DNA of 64,000 bases from Vulcanimicrobiota bacterium (GTDB lineage Bacteria > Vulcanimicrobiota > Xenobia > Xenobiales > JADMJV01): contig JBFWNU010000001.1 in assembly GCA_050250895.1 (NCBI GenBank), positions 3,648,149 through 3,712,148 on the forward strand, read 5' to 3'. Shown here piece after piece: positions 26,927 to 38,045 of the stretch. The notes below the pieces were generated by a model. The model was not told where the DNA came from. It did no database searches and was given only the letters and a program-made list of their open reading frames with translations. Numbering within the stretch: position 1 is the stretch's first letter; every line of letters begins with the position of its first letter. Both the position numbers and the translations under genes were made by a program.

Positions 26927-29416
26927 GTGAGACACGCTTCTCACGCGGACGCCCTGGGCGAAATGGGTCGCCGGCACTTTCTGAAGTTGCTGACCACCAG
27001 CCTGGCTTTGCTCGGCGGCTGCCGACGGGCTGCCGAGATCGTTCCCGCCGTGGTCGAGCGCGAGAACCTCGACAGCCAGTTTGCGACCACTCTGTCCTAT
27101 CGAGATTTTGGGCGAGGCGTGCTGGTCGAGACGTTGGGCGGCCGGCCGGTGGGGTTGGTGGGCCACGGCTCAGGGACCGATCCTCAGATGCACGCCGCCT
27201 TGCTGGACCTCTACGACCCGTCTCGTCGCTTCGGCACTACCGACCTGGGTCGGCTGTCCGGCCTGATAGCCCGAGCCCGAGTGGCCGAGGGTCGGGGCCT
27301 GGCCATCCTCTCGCGGCCGCTTCGCTCGCCGCTGCTCGAGGCCCAGCGCCAACGCCTGCAGCAGGCCATGCCGCGGGCCCGCTGGTTCGTGCACGACCCC
27401 GCCCCGGCCACCCTCAGCGGTTTCGACCGCCCCTATCTAGCCCACTACGAGCTTGAGCATGCCCGCTTGATCGTGAGCTTTGACGAAGATTTTCTGGGCA
27501 CCCATCCCGACCGTCTGCGCTTGGCCGGGCAGTTCGCCGAACATCGTCAACCCGGCCCCGAAATGTCCCGATTGTACGTGCTCGAAAGCTCTCCCAGTGC
27601 CACCGGCCAGGTGGCCGACCACTGCCGACGCCTGCATCCGGCTGCCCTCGAGCAAGCTCTCTGGGCCCTGGCCAAGAAGGCGGGGGTCCACCACCAGGAC
27701 GGCCAGGATTCTCCCCTGGTGCGTGCCCTGGTCCACGAACTCGACGACCATCAAGGCCGCTGCGTGGTGATGGGTGGACCCTGGTTGTCACCCGGCGCCC
27801 AGGTGTTGATCCATCGGCTCAATCAGAAGTTTAGGGGGCTCGTGAGCTATTCGGCCGAGCCTCAAGAGGAGGGCCTCGAACCGTTGCGGCAGGGGCTCGA
27901 GAAGAGAGAAGTGCGCTGGTTGCTCATCCTGGGCGGCGATCCGGTGATGGAGTCGGGGGGTGAACTGCGGCTCGATGGGCTCGAGCGGAGCGTGCATCTG
28001 AGCGAGTTTGCTAACCAGACCAGCCAGGCATGCCAACTAGCTATCCCACGAGCGCACCCGTTAGAGAGTTGGGGGGATCGACGCTACTATGATGGTCGAG
28101 TCGGCTTTGTGCAGCCGCTGGTCGAGCCCCTCTACGGTGGCGTTTCTGATCACGAGGTACTGGCTCTGCTGCTGGGCGAGCGACTGGCCCCGCTCGAGGC
28201 CTTGCGCCGCCACTACGGCTCCCGCCTCGACCTGGCCCGGGGTTGGTTGGAGCAGGAGCAACCCCCCCACGAGCCGGTCGAACGGGCTCAGCCGGCGGCA
28301 CCGGCCCAGGAAGAGCCTCTCTTGCTCTTTCGGCCCGATCCCCATCTGGTCGACGGCGGCCTGGCTCATAACGCCTGGCTGCAAGAACTGCCGAGACCCC
28401 TCACCGGCCTGTGTTGGGGGCAGCCGGCTCTAGCCTCGGGCGACCTCGAAGAGGGCCGCCACTTGGCCCTGTCCACCCAGCGAGCCCAACTCGAGGTGCC
28501 CCACTACCAGCTCGAACAGCATCCGGCCAACTGCGCCACTCTCTACCTCGGCCCCGAGGCCTATCGTCTGGGCCACGCACTGTGGCAGACACCGGTGAAG
28601 ATGCAGCCCGGCCAGGGCTTCACGGAGGTGATCACCACCCAACACCACCACGTCATCGAGTGGGAACTGTTCGGCGAGCAACCCACCGAATCACTCTATC
28701 CCGAGCCCGAGCCCGGCCAGGTGGCCTGGGGCATGGTTATCGACCTCAATCGTTGCATCGGTTGCAACGCCTGCACCGTGGCTTGCCAGTCCGAGAACAA
28801 CATCCCCGTGGTGGGCCCCCAGGAGGTGGCTCGAGGGCGCGAGATGCACTGGATTCGGATCGACAGCTACTTCAAGCCCCAGCAGCTGTTCGTGCCGGTG
28901 CCATGCATGCATTGCGAACACGCTCCCTGCGAGCAGGTGTGCCCGGTCGAGGCGACCCTGCATAGCCACGACGGCCTCAACGAGATGATCTACAACCGGT
29001 GCGTGGGCACCCGTTATTGTTCCAACAACTGTCCTTACAAGGTGCGTCGCTTCAACTTCTTCAACTACGTCGACCCCCGCCAAGAAGTGGCTCCCTTGCG
29101 CAATCCGCAAGTGACCGTACGCGATCGCGGCGTGATGGAAAAGTGTTCTTATTGCGTGCAGCGCATCCGCAAAGCCGACATCGCGGCTCGCAAAGCCAAT
29201 CGCCCTATCGCCGATGGTGAGGTGATCACTGCCTGTCAGGCCGCTTGTCCTACTCGGGCCATCACCTTCGGCAACCTGGCCGACCCCGACTCGGCCGTGG
29301 CCAGGCTGGCCAGGGATCCTCGCAACACCAGCATGCTGGCCGAACTCAACACCCGTCCTCACACCACCTACCTGGAACATCAGGGCAACCCAAGAGCGGG
29401 ACTCGAGCCGACGTGA
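26927..29416 (+). CDS. actB: Alternative complex III ActB (molybdopterin-oxidoreductase-like plus Fe-S domains)
   Basis: Tat motif RRHFLK with lipobox LLGGC; CIGCNACTVAC, CMHCEHAPC..VCP, CVGTRYCSNNCPY and KCSYC motifs. Confidence 0.9.
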   Translation: MRHASHADALGEMGRRHFLKLLTTSLALLGGCRRAAEIVPAVVERENLDSQFATTLSYRDFGRGVLVETLGGRPVGLVGHGSGTDPQMHAALLDLYDPSRRFGTTDLGRLSGLIARARVAEGRGLAILSRPLRSPLLEAQRQRLQQAMPRARWFVHDPAPATLSGFDRPYLAHYELEHARLIVSFDEDFLGTHPDRLRLAGQFAEHRQPGPEMSRLYVLESSPSATGQVADHCRRLHPAALEQALWALAKKAGVHHQDGQDSPLVRALVHELDDHQGRCVVMGGPWLSPGAQVLIHRLNQKFRGLVSYSAEPQEEGLEPLRQGLEKREVRWLLILGGDPVMESGGELRLDGLERSVHLSEFANQTSQACQLAIPRAHPLESWGDRRYYDGRVGFVQPLVEPLYGGVSDHEVLALLLGERLAPLEALRRHYGSRLDLARGWLEQEQPPHEPVERAQPAAPAQEEPLLLFRPDPHLVDGGLAHNAWLQELPRPLTGLCWGQPALASGDLEEGRHLALSTQRAQLEVPHYQLEQHPANCATLYLGPEAYRLGHALWQTPVKMQPGQGFTEVITTQHHHVIEWELFGEQPTESLYPEPEPGQVAWGMVIDLNRCIGCNACTVACQSENNIPVVGPQEVARGREMHWIRIDSYFKPQQLFVPVPCMHCEHAPCEQVCPVEATLHSHDGLNEMIYNRCVGTRYCSNNCPYKVRRFNFFNYVDPRQEVAPLRNPQVTVRDRGVMEKCSYCVQRIRKADIAARKANRPIADGEVITACQAACPTRAITFGNLADPDSAVARLARDPRNTSMLAELNTRPHTTYLEHQGNPRAGLEPT

Positions 29417-30699
29417 ACAGGGCTGCCGCCAAGATCACCTCCATCGTCTTGAACCATCCCACCAACCGGGTGTGGTGGACCACTTTCGCGGTGGCCCTGG
29501 CGCTGCTGTTCACCTTTGTGGTCAGTGGGTTGGTGGTGCTCATCGGTGGGGTGGGAATGTGGGGGATCAACATCCCCGTGGGCTGGGGCATGGCCATCAC
29601 CAACTTCGTCTGGTGGATCGGAATCGGCCACGCCGGCACTTTGATCTCGGCCTTTCTGCTGTTGATGCGACAGGGCTGGCGCGACTCGATCAATCGCTTT
29701 GCCGAGGCCATGACCTTGCTGGCCGTGGTGTGCGCTGGCGTCTTTCCTCTGCTTCATCTGGGGCGTCCCTGGCTCTTTTACTACCTGGCGCCTTACCCCA
29801 ACACGATGGGTCTGTGGCCGCAATGGCGCAGCCCGCTGGTGTGGGACATGTTCGCGGTGGCCACCTATTTCACCGTATCGTTGCTGTTCTGGTACCTCGG
29901 TCTGGTGCCCGATCTGGCGGTCATGCGCGACGCCACCACCGGCTGGAAACAGAAGGTCTATGGCGTGATGGCCCTGGGTTGGCGGGGTTCGGCTCACCAC
30001 TGGGTGCTGCACCAGCGGGCCGACTTGCTCCTGGCCGCCTTTGCCACCCCGCTGGTCCTCTCGGTCCACAGCATCGTCTCGCTCGACTTCGCCGTAGGTA
30101 TCGTGCCGGGTTGGCACTCGACCATCTTGCCACCCTATTTCGTGGCCGGGGCGATCCTGTCGGGTTTCGCCATGGTGGCCACCCTGGCCATTCCACTGCG
30201 ACGCTACTATCAGCTCGAAGAGTTCATCACCAACCGCCATCTCGAGAACATGGCCAAGCTGATGCTGCTGACCTCGATCCTGGTCACCTACGGCTATGCC
30301 AGCGAGATGTTCATGGCCTGGTATAGTCATGACCCCGCTGAGGTCGCCACCATTCGCGACTGGTTCGTGGGGCCTTACGCACCGGTCTGGTACACGATGC
30401 TGTTGTGCAATTGCACCGTTCCCGCTCTGTTCTGGTGGCGCAAGATCCGCACCTGGCCGGCGGCCATTTTCGTCATTTCCTTGCTGGTCAATCTGGGCAT
30501 GTGGCTCGAGCGCTATCTCATCGTGATCAACAGCCTGCATCACGACTTTCTGCCCTCGTCTGCGGGCATCTACGTTCCCACCCTCTGGGATTGGGGGCTC
30601 CTGACCGGCACGCTGGGATTGTTCTTGACCTTTTTCATGATTTTCTTGCGCACGCTGCCCGCCATCAGCATTTACGAGGTGAGTGAGGGCGAAGAATGA
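29413..30699 (+). CDS. actC: Alternative complex III quinol-binding subunit (NrfD/PsrC family)
   Basis: NFVWWIGIGHAGTLISA, NRFAEAMT, HLGRPW, SPLVWD and LVLSVHSIVS. GTG start overlaps the actB stop. Confidence 0.92.
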   Translation: MNRAAAKITSIVLNHPTNRVWWTTFAVALALLFTFVVSGLVVLIGGVGMWGINIPVGWGMAITNFVWWIGIGHAGTLISAFLLLMRQGWRDSINRFAEAMTLLAVVCAGVFPLLHLGRPWLFYYLAPYPNTMGLWPQWRSPLVWDMFAVATYFTVSLLFWYLGLVPDLAVMRDATTGWKQKVYGVMALGWRGSAHHWVLHQRADLLLAAFATPLVLSVHSIVSLDFAVGIVPGWHSTILPPYFVAGAILSGFAMVATLAIPLRRYYQLEEFITNRHLENMAKLMLLTSILVTYGYASEMFMAWYSHDPAEVATIRDWFVGPYAPVWYTMLLCNCTVPALFWWRKIRTWPAAIFVISLLVNLGMWLERYLIVINSLHHDFLPSSAGIYVPTLWDWGLLTGTLGLFLTFFMIFLRTLPAISIYEVSEGEE

Positions 30700-31175
30700 T
30701 CTTGCTCGAGTTTCAAAGCCGAGAAGACCTGCTCGACGCGGCCCGGCTGCTGCATCAGCGCCAGGCTCGATTGCTGGACGCCTTTACCCCCTATCCGGTG
30801 GAAGAGCTCGAGGAGTTCTTTGCGGCCGAGCCGGGACGCGTCTCGCGCAATGTCTTCTGGGGAGCGACTTTGGGCGCGCTCGTCGGGTTCGGTATGCAAA
30901 CCATCGCCACCGTGGTCGACTATCCGTTTCGAGTGGCCGGCACTCCGGCTTTCAGCTGGCCGGCCTACTTGCCGGTCACTTTCGAACTGGCCGTCCTGTT
31001 TGGCTCGTTCGCGGCCGTCGTCAGCGTGCTGTGGTATTGTCGACTACCCCGCTTGCACCACCCCGTCTTCGAGGTCGAGGCGTTTCGTCGCGCCTCCACC
31101 GACGGCTTCTTCTTGCTGGTCGAGGCCGACCTGCCGCTGCCGGTGAAAGGAGCCACCGTCCATGCGCTCGACTAG
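30696..31175 (+). CDS. actD: Alternative complex III ActD (DUF3341)
   Basis: DAFTPYPVE, PVTFELAVLF and RLHHPVF..F.RAS.DGFFL. Confidence 0.88.
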   Translation: MILLEFQSREDLLDAARLLHQRQARLLDAFTPYPVEELEEFFAAEPGRVSRNVFWGATLGALVGFGMQTIATVVDYPFRVAGTPAFSWPAYLPVTFELAVLFGSFAAVVSVLWYCRLPRLHHPVFEVEAFRRASTDGFFLLVEADLPLPVKGATVHALD

Positions 31176-31611
31176 CCTGGCCGCTCTGCTGTTGTGCCTG
31201 AGCCTTTGTGGTTGCCCCGACATGAAAGAGCAGCCGCGCTACGATGCGCTGGAGGGCCAGGCTCCGGTCGGCCCCCCGCCGGGCACCGTGCCCGCCCTGG
31301 CGAGCGAACCGCCTCCGCCGCTGAGCCGTGAGTTGTTGGTCAGGGGGCAAGAGCGCTTCAACATCTATTGCGCGCCCTGTCATGACACCACCGGGCACGG
31401 CCATGGCGTGATTGTCCAAAAGGGCTTTCCCCAGCCTCCCAGCCTGCACACCCAGCGATTGCGCGAGGTCCCCGACCAGCACCTGTGGTCGGTGATCACC
31501 AACGGGGCCGGAGCCATGTATCCCTACGCCGACAGGGTTTCTCCCAGTGATCGGTGGGCCATCGTCCACTACCTGCGGGTGCTGCAGTTGCAGTACGAGG
31601 AGACCCCATGA
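31162..31611 (+). CDS. actE: Alternative complex III monoheme cytochrome c lipoprotein
   Basis: Lipobox LCGC, DMKEQP, RGQERFNIYCAPCH and DRWAIVHY. Confidence 0.9.
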   Translation: MRSTSLAALLLCLSLCGCPDMKEQPRYDALEGQAPVGPPPGTVPALASEPPPPLSRELLVRGQERFNIYCAPCHDTTGHGHGVIVQKGFPQPPSLHTQRLREVPDQHLWSVITNGAGAMYPYADRVSPSDRWAIVHYLRVLQLQYEETP

Positions 31612-32615
31612 CCGCCGTTCGCAGCCTGACCGTGGTGGCCGTCATCGCCTGGTTGGCCGGTCTGTGGTTCGAGCCCGGCCGGGCTACGCAGGCCTATCTC
31701 TGGAGCTATCTGCTCCTCATCGGCTTGCCGTTGGGATCGCTCACCTGGATGATGGTCCACCGCTTGACCGAAGGGCGCTGGGGCAAGCCGCTGTTGCCGG
31801 TGGCCGAAGCGGCGGCGGCCACCATCGTTCCCATGACGTTTCTCTTCCTCCCCATCGCTTTGGGGCTTGGCTATCTCTATCCGTGGGCGCATGCGGCCGG
31901 CAACGAGACGCTGCTGTATCGCTACGACTGGATGAATCCCCTGGCCGTCCTGATCAGGAGCAGCCTCTATTTCGCAGCCTGGGTGGGAATGGTCATCTTC
32001 GTGCCGCGTCTGCGCGACCAGGCGCCCGAATACACGGGTCTGGCCCTGGTGCTTCACCTGATCGTCTGCTCTTCGATGGCGGTCGACTGGTTTCTCAGCC
32101 TCGAGGTGCACTTCTACTCGACCATCTTCGGTCTGCTGATCATGGTCAGCCAGGCCCTGTTCGCGCTTTGCTTCATCGTATGGTGGCTGTGCCGGCGGGG
32201 AGTAGGACCCGAGCTGCTTTATGACCTGGGCAGCTTGATGCTGGTGTCGGTCATGCTGCTGGCCTATCTCAGCTTCTCGCAACTGGTCATCGTGTGGTCC
32301 GGGGACCTGCCTCACCACTCGGGGTGGTACCTGTCGCGGGTGTGGGGGCCGTGGGCCCCGCTGGCCTGGACGCTCTTTCTAGTCTATCTGCTGCTGCCGT
32401 TTCTGTGCCTGGTGTGGGGCTCGTTCAAGCGAGACGCGCGCAGGCTGGGGCGGCTGGCCGCCCTGACCCTGCTGGTGGCCCCGGTGCACGTCATCTGGCT
32501 GGTATTACCCGCGCTGTTCCCCGAGGGTATTCAGCTGCACTGGCTGGATCTAGCCGCTCTGGTGGGTCTGTCCGGCCTGTGGGCCATCTTCTATGAAAGG
32601 CAGGAGAGGCCATGA
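31608..32615 (+). CDS. actF: Alternative complex III ActF membrane subunit
   Basis: Multi-TM protein with DWFLSLE.HFYSTIFG, DLGSL and YLSFSQLVIVWSGDLP. Confidence 0.87.
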   Translation: MTAVRSLTVVAVIAWLAGLWFEPGRATQAYLWSYLLLIGLPLGSLTWMMVHRLTEGRWGKPLLPVAEAAAATIVPMTFLFLPIALGLGYLYPWAHAAGNETLLYRYDWMNPLAVLIRSSLYFAAWVGMVIFVPRLRDQAPEYTGLALVLHLIVCSSMAVDWFLSLEVHFYSTIFGLLIMVSQALFALCFIVWWLCRRGVGPELLYDLGSLMLVSVMLLAYLSFSQLVIVWSGDLPHHSGWYLSRVWGPWAPLAWTLFLVYLLLPFLCLVWGSFKRDARRLGRLAALTLLVAPVHVIWLVLPALFPEGIQLHWLDLAALVGLSGLWAIFYERQERP

Positions 32616-32896
32616 ATTATCGTATGATTCGCGACTGCGCCATCGGATTGCTGGTCTTTCTGGTAGTCACGCAGGGCGCCCTGTGGCTGCTCCACTGCCA
32701 CTGGGTCAACAGCCTCGACGGAACCCCTCCCGAGATCGGCCTGAAGGCCTACTCCACGCCCGCTCCCAAGGCCACTCCCGTGTGGCCGCAGCCGTCGCGC
32801 TCCTTCGACGAGGCGGCAGCCATCTATCTCAAGCAAGGAGGCCGCCATGCCGTTCCTCATCCTGTTGATGCTGCTAATTCTGCCTCAGCCCGCTAG
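32612..32896 (+). CDS. Small single-TM protein, ActG-like position
   Basis: One TM helix; lies between actF and the SCO gene with an ATGA overlap. The sequence is divergent. Confidence 0.5.
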   Translation: MNYRMIRDCAIGLLVFLVVTQGALWLLHCHWVNSLDGTPPEIGLKAYSTPAPKATPVWPQPSRSFDEAAAIYLKQGGRHAVPHPVDAANSASAR

Positions 32897-33605
32897 GGCC
32901 GAAGCACCCAGGGTCGATTTTGTCCAGCGACTGGGCGCCGACGTGCCCGGGGAGCTGGTGTTTCTGGACGAGCAAGGTCGACAGGTGCGTTTCGACCAAC
33001 TCACCGGTGGCAAGCCCAGTCTGCTGGTGCTCGGATATTATCACTGTCCGATGCTCTGCCACCAGATTCAGGGCGGGTTGGTGGATAGCCTGGGTCAGCT
33101 CGAGTGGAGTGTGGGTCGCGAGTTCAACGTGATTTGCGTGAGCATCGACTCCCGGGAGCGCCCCGAGTTGGCCCGGAAGAAGCAGCACGCCTACCTCAGT
33201 CGCTACGACCGGCCGGCCGCCGAAAAGGGATGGCGTTTCTTGACCGGCGGCCAGGAACAGATCAACAGGTTGTGTGACACGGTGGGATTCGAATCGGTCT
33301 ACGACCCTCCCACCGATCAGTTCGCCCACCCCGCCGGGCTGGTGGTGCTCACGCCCGAGGGCAAAGTCTCTTCCTATCTGCTGGGGATCAGCTTTCCGGC
33401 TCGGGCTATCAAGCTGGCCTTGCAGCGGGCCTCGAGCGGGGGAGTAGGGGATCCGGTCGACCAGATCCTGTTGCTCTGTTTTCACTATGACCCCAGCACC
33501 GGCCGTTACAGTCTGGCCATCATGCGCCTGATGCAGATCGCGGGATTGGCTACCGTCTTGTTGCTGGCTGGATGGATCAACTATATGCACCGGAGGCAAT
33601 CGTGA
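32847..33605 (+). CDS. SCO/SenC family copper chaperone
   Basis: YYHCPMLC (CxxxC), WRFLTG, FAHPAG and LLCFHYDP..GRY. Confidence 0.9.
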   Translation: MPFLILLMLLILPQPARAEAPRVDFVQRLGADVPGELVFLDEQGRQVRFDQLTGGKPSLLVLGYYHCPMLCHQIQGGLVDSLGQLEWSVGREFNVICVSIDSRERPELARKKQHAYLSRYDRPAAEKGWRFLTGGQEQINRLCDTVGFESVYDPPTDQFAHPAGLVVLTPEGKVSSYLLGISFPARAIKLALQRASSGGVGDPVDQILLLCFHYDPSTGRYSLAIMRLMQIAGLATVLLLAGWINYMHRRQS

Positions 33606-34532
33606 AGATAGGCGACCTGCCTGTCTGGCCCGAGCGGGCCTCGGCGGCGGCTGGCGCGGTCGACGGGGTGGCTCTGGCCGTGTTTGCCGTCTGCGCCGTG
33701 CTGGCGCTGGGCATCCTGGTGGCCGTGGTCTTCTTCTTGATCCGCTATCGCGAGAGCAACCTCGGCGTGGACCGTACCAATCCGCCCAGCTCGTTGCTGC
33801 CCCTCGAATTGGGCTGGATTGCGGCTGCCACCCTGTTGGGTCTGGTGCTTTTTGGCCTGGGGGCGCGCAGTTACTATACCCTCTACACGATGCCGGCTCA
33901 GGCCGAGCTCGAGCTCGAGGTGGTGGGCAAGCAGTGGATGTGGAAAATTCGCTATCCCAACGGTTATAAGACCATCAACCGTCTGGTGGTGCCCCGGGGC
34001 CAGAAAGTCCTGCTGAGGATGATTTCCGAGGACGTGATCCACAGCTTCGACCTGCCCGAGTTTCGCCTCAAGCACGATGTCTTGCCTGGCCGATACAGCC
34101 AACTGTGGCTGGAGGCCGACCAGGTGGGCGTTTTCCATCTGTTCTGCGCCGAGTACTGTGGCACCGACCATGCCAAAATGGTCGGCCAGGTCGAGGTGCT
34201 CGAGCCTGAAGACTTCGAGGCCTGGCTACGCACCACCACGGCCGACAGCCTCTCACCGGCGGAGCGGGGACGGGTGCTTTTCGACAGGTTCGGCTGTGCC
34301 GGCTGCCACAGTCAGAACAACGCTCCCCGGCTGCCGGGCGCCTACGGCAATCGGGTTGCCCTCGAAGACGGCACCACCGCCACCGTGGACGAGGACTACA
34401 TCCGCAACTCCATCCTCTATCCCGCTCGACAGGTCGTGGCCGGCTTTGCTCCGACTATCATGCCAACCTACGAGGGCCGCCTTTCGGAGCAGCAGATCCT
34501 CGACCTGATCGCTTTTATTCGGGAGGGCAACG

Positions 34533-34540
<8 letters not shown>
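33602..34540 (+). CDS. coxB: Cytochrome c oxidase subunit II with fused cytochrome c (caa3 type)
   Basis: GKQWMW, DVIHSF, CuA motif [12 protein letters not shown] and C-terminal CAGCH. Confidence 0.94.
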
Positions 34541-36106
<1,566 letters not shown>

Positions 36107-36110
<4 letters not shown>

Positions 36111-36694
36111 ATCCGTTTCGCAATCGCGAGCAGCAGCTGGAAGCCTATGAGGCGGGAATGTGGCTATTCCTCGCTTCGGAGTTGATGCTCTTCGGTGGGG
36201 TCTTTCTTTGCTATTTGCTGGCCCGGATGACCCATCACCCCGAGTTCGTCGAGTCCAGTCATCATCTCGATCGGCTGCTCGGCACCCTCAACACGGCCCT
36301 GCTGCTGACCAGCAGTTACACCGTGGCTCTCGGCGTCGACCACACGCGCGAGGGGCGCTTTAAAAAGGCCTCGTGGCTGTTGGGGGCGACCACCTTGATG
36401 GGTCTGGCCTTTCTAGGAATCAAGATGCACGAATGGCACACCGAACTCAGTCACGGGCGGGGCCCTGACGAGAACCTATTCTTCTGGCTCTATTTCGTGA
36501 TGACCGGCCTGCATGCGTTTCATATGGTGATGGGCGTGCTGGCGATGAGCATTCTGATCTATCTGTTGCGCCACCGGCCCCATGTGCTCGACGACCCGTC
36601 CCCCGTAATCATGGGCGGGCTTTATTGGCACCTGGTCGACATCATCTGGATCTTCCTGTTTCCTTGCCTGTATCTGATCGGGGGGCCAGGATGA
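36107..36694 (+). CDS. coxC: Cytochrome c oxidase subunit III
   Basis: [25 protein letters not shown] and [11 protein letters not shown]. Confidence 0.93.
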
Positions 36695-36945
36695 ACACCC
36701 TCGCCTATCTCGCTTTGATGGTGCTGCTTGGGCTTACGGTGGGGCTGAGTTATCTCGATCTCGGCCACCTCGGCCCGCCGGTGGCGGCTTTCATTGCAGT
36801 GACCAAGACAGCGGTGGTGGCCAGCATCTTCATGCACTTGCGCAAGAGCACCAAACTGGTGCGACTGTTGGCCTGCGGGGCTCTGCTGTGGTTATTGTTA
36901 CTGTTTGGATTGACTCTGACCGACTACTTCACCCGAGGGGGATAA
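36691..36945 (+). CDS. Cytochrome c oxidase subunit IV family protein
   Basis: Three TM helices and IAVTK..VV..FMHL; ATGA overlap with coxC. Confidence 0.85.
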   Translation: MNTLAYLALMVLLGLTVGLSYLDLGHLGPPVAAFIAVTKTAVVASIFMHLRKSTKLVRLLACGALLWLLLLFGLTLTDYFTRGG

Positions 36946-36971
36946 AAAAAGAGCGCCCGGGAGGCGGGCGC
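36944..36971 (-). terminator. Intrinsic terminator on the minus strand
   Basis: GCGCCCG-CCTCC-CGGGCGC hairpin followed by TC and seven Ts on the minus strand. Confidence 0.65.
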
Positions 36972-37077
36972 CGAGGTATCCATTTTGGTGACAGATTTGA
37001 CTTGCCTTAAGACTAACGGCGGGCGGGTCGAGGACCATCATCCTCTCAGGTAGCAGCCCTCCATACCAAAGGATAGT

Positions 37078-37269
37078 CTATCGGCTTTGCCAGGCTTCTT
37101 CACTACCCAATCGGCAATGGTTGAAAGCCTTGCGGAGTCCGCCGAGGACCTCGGCCGAGGTCTCGAACAAGGCCTTCTCCTGGCTGCTGTCGGTTTGCGA
37201 GACCCCTTCGCGCAGTTTGGTCTGGATGCGGTCGAGTTCGACCTCGAGGGTTTCTAGAAGCAACGACAT
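37078..37269 (-). CDS. Small conserved-looking hypothetical protein (63 aa)
   Basis: GAAAGGAG RBS, AT-rich upstream region with TATAAT, and ALFETSAEVLGGL.KAF motif. Confidence 0.7.
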   Translation of the reverse strand: MSLLLETLEVELDRIQTKLREGVSQTDSSQEKALFETSAEVLGGLRKAFNHCRLGSEEAWQSR

Positions 37270-37341
37270 GGCTGCTCTCCTTTCGGGTTGTCTTGACAAC
37301 ACGTTCATATTTAACTATTATAATATAGAGTTTGAAAGAAC

Positions 37342-38043
37342 TCAGTCCTGAGGCGGATGACCCCCCGATTGCCTCAGGACTTTTTGCTGTACCGGCCGTC
37401 CTTTCACCCGCTCTATCCGGGAAAGCGTGTCGGCCAGGCGGGCGTGACTGATAGGACCACCGTGATGGTGAATATCGAGGATCAGGTGCTCGTCGGCATG
37501 ATGCACCTCGAATTCCTCAGACCTCACTCCATGCTCGCGCAAAGCCATCTCGATTTTGCGCAACAGCAGACCGTCGTTAGGCAACTCCAGCTCAAGAGTC
37601 TGCCGTTGTTGGTGACGCTTGCGAAGGGCGTCTTCCAGAGGGGAGAGCAAGGTCAGGACCAGCACCACTGCAACCGTGACAGCCAGGGCGAGAGCGTGAT
37701 AGCCAAGACCCGCGCACAGCCCGACCGCGGCCGCCACCCAGATAGCGGCGGCCGTGGTCAGTCCATAGACGCTTCCCCGCGATTCGATGATCGAACCAGC
37801 GCCTAGAAAGCCGATGCCCGAGACGACTCCGGCGGCCACTCGGCCCGGGTCCACCGACACCAGTCGAGCGGCAACTTCGGTCGCCTGTCCCACCAGTTCG
37901 CTGGCGACCATGAACAGGGCCGAGCCCACCGTGATGAGCACGATGGTCCGCAAGCCGGCCGGCTTTTCTCGGTGCTCCCGCTCGAGTCCGAGCATCAGCC
38001 CGCAGACGAAGGCGGTCAGCAGTTTGAGAGCAACTTCAGGCAT
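37342..38043 (-). CDS. MgtC/SapB family membrane protein
   Basis: GLERE..EKPAGLRT, DPGRVAAGVVSGIGFLGAG and GLTTAAAIW. Confidence 0.92.
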   Translation of the reverse strand: MPEVALKLLTAFVCGLMLGLEREHREKPAGLRTIVLITVGSALFMVASELVGQATEVAARLVSVDPGRVAAGVVSGIGFLGAGSIIESRGSVYGLTTAAAIWVAAAVGLCAGLGYHALALAVTVAVVLVLTLLSPLEDALRKRHQQRQTLELELPNDGLLLRKIEMALREHGVRSEEFEVHHADEHLILDIHHHGGPISHARLADTLSRIERVKGRPVQQKVLRQSGGHPPQD

Positions 38044-38045
38044 GA

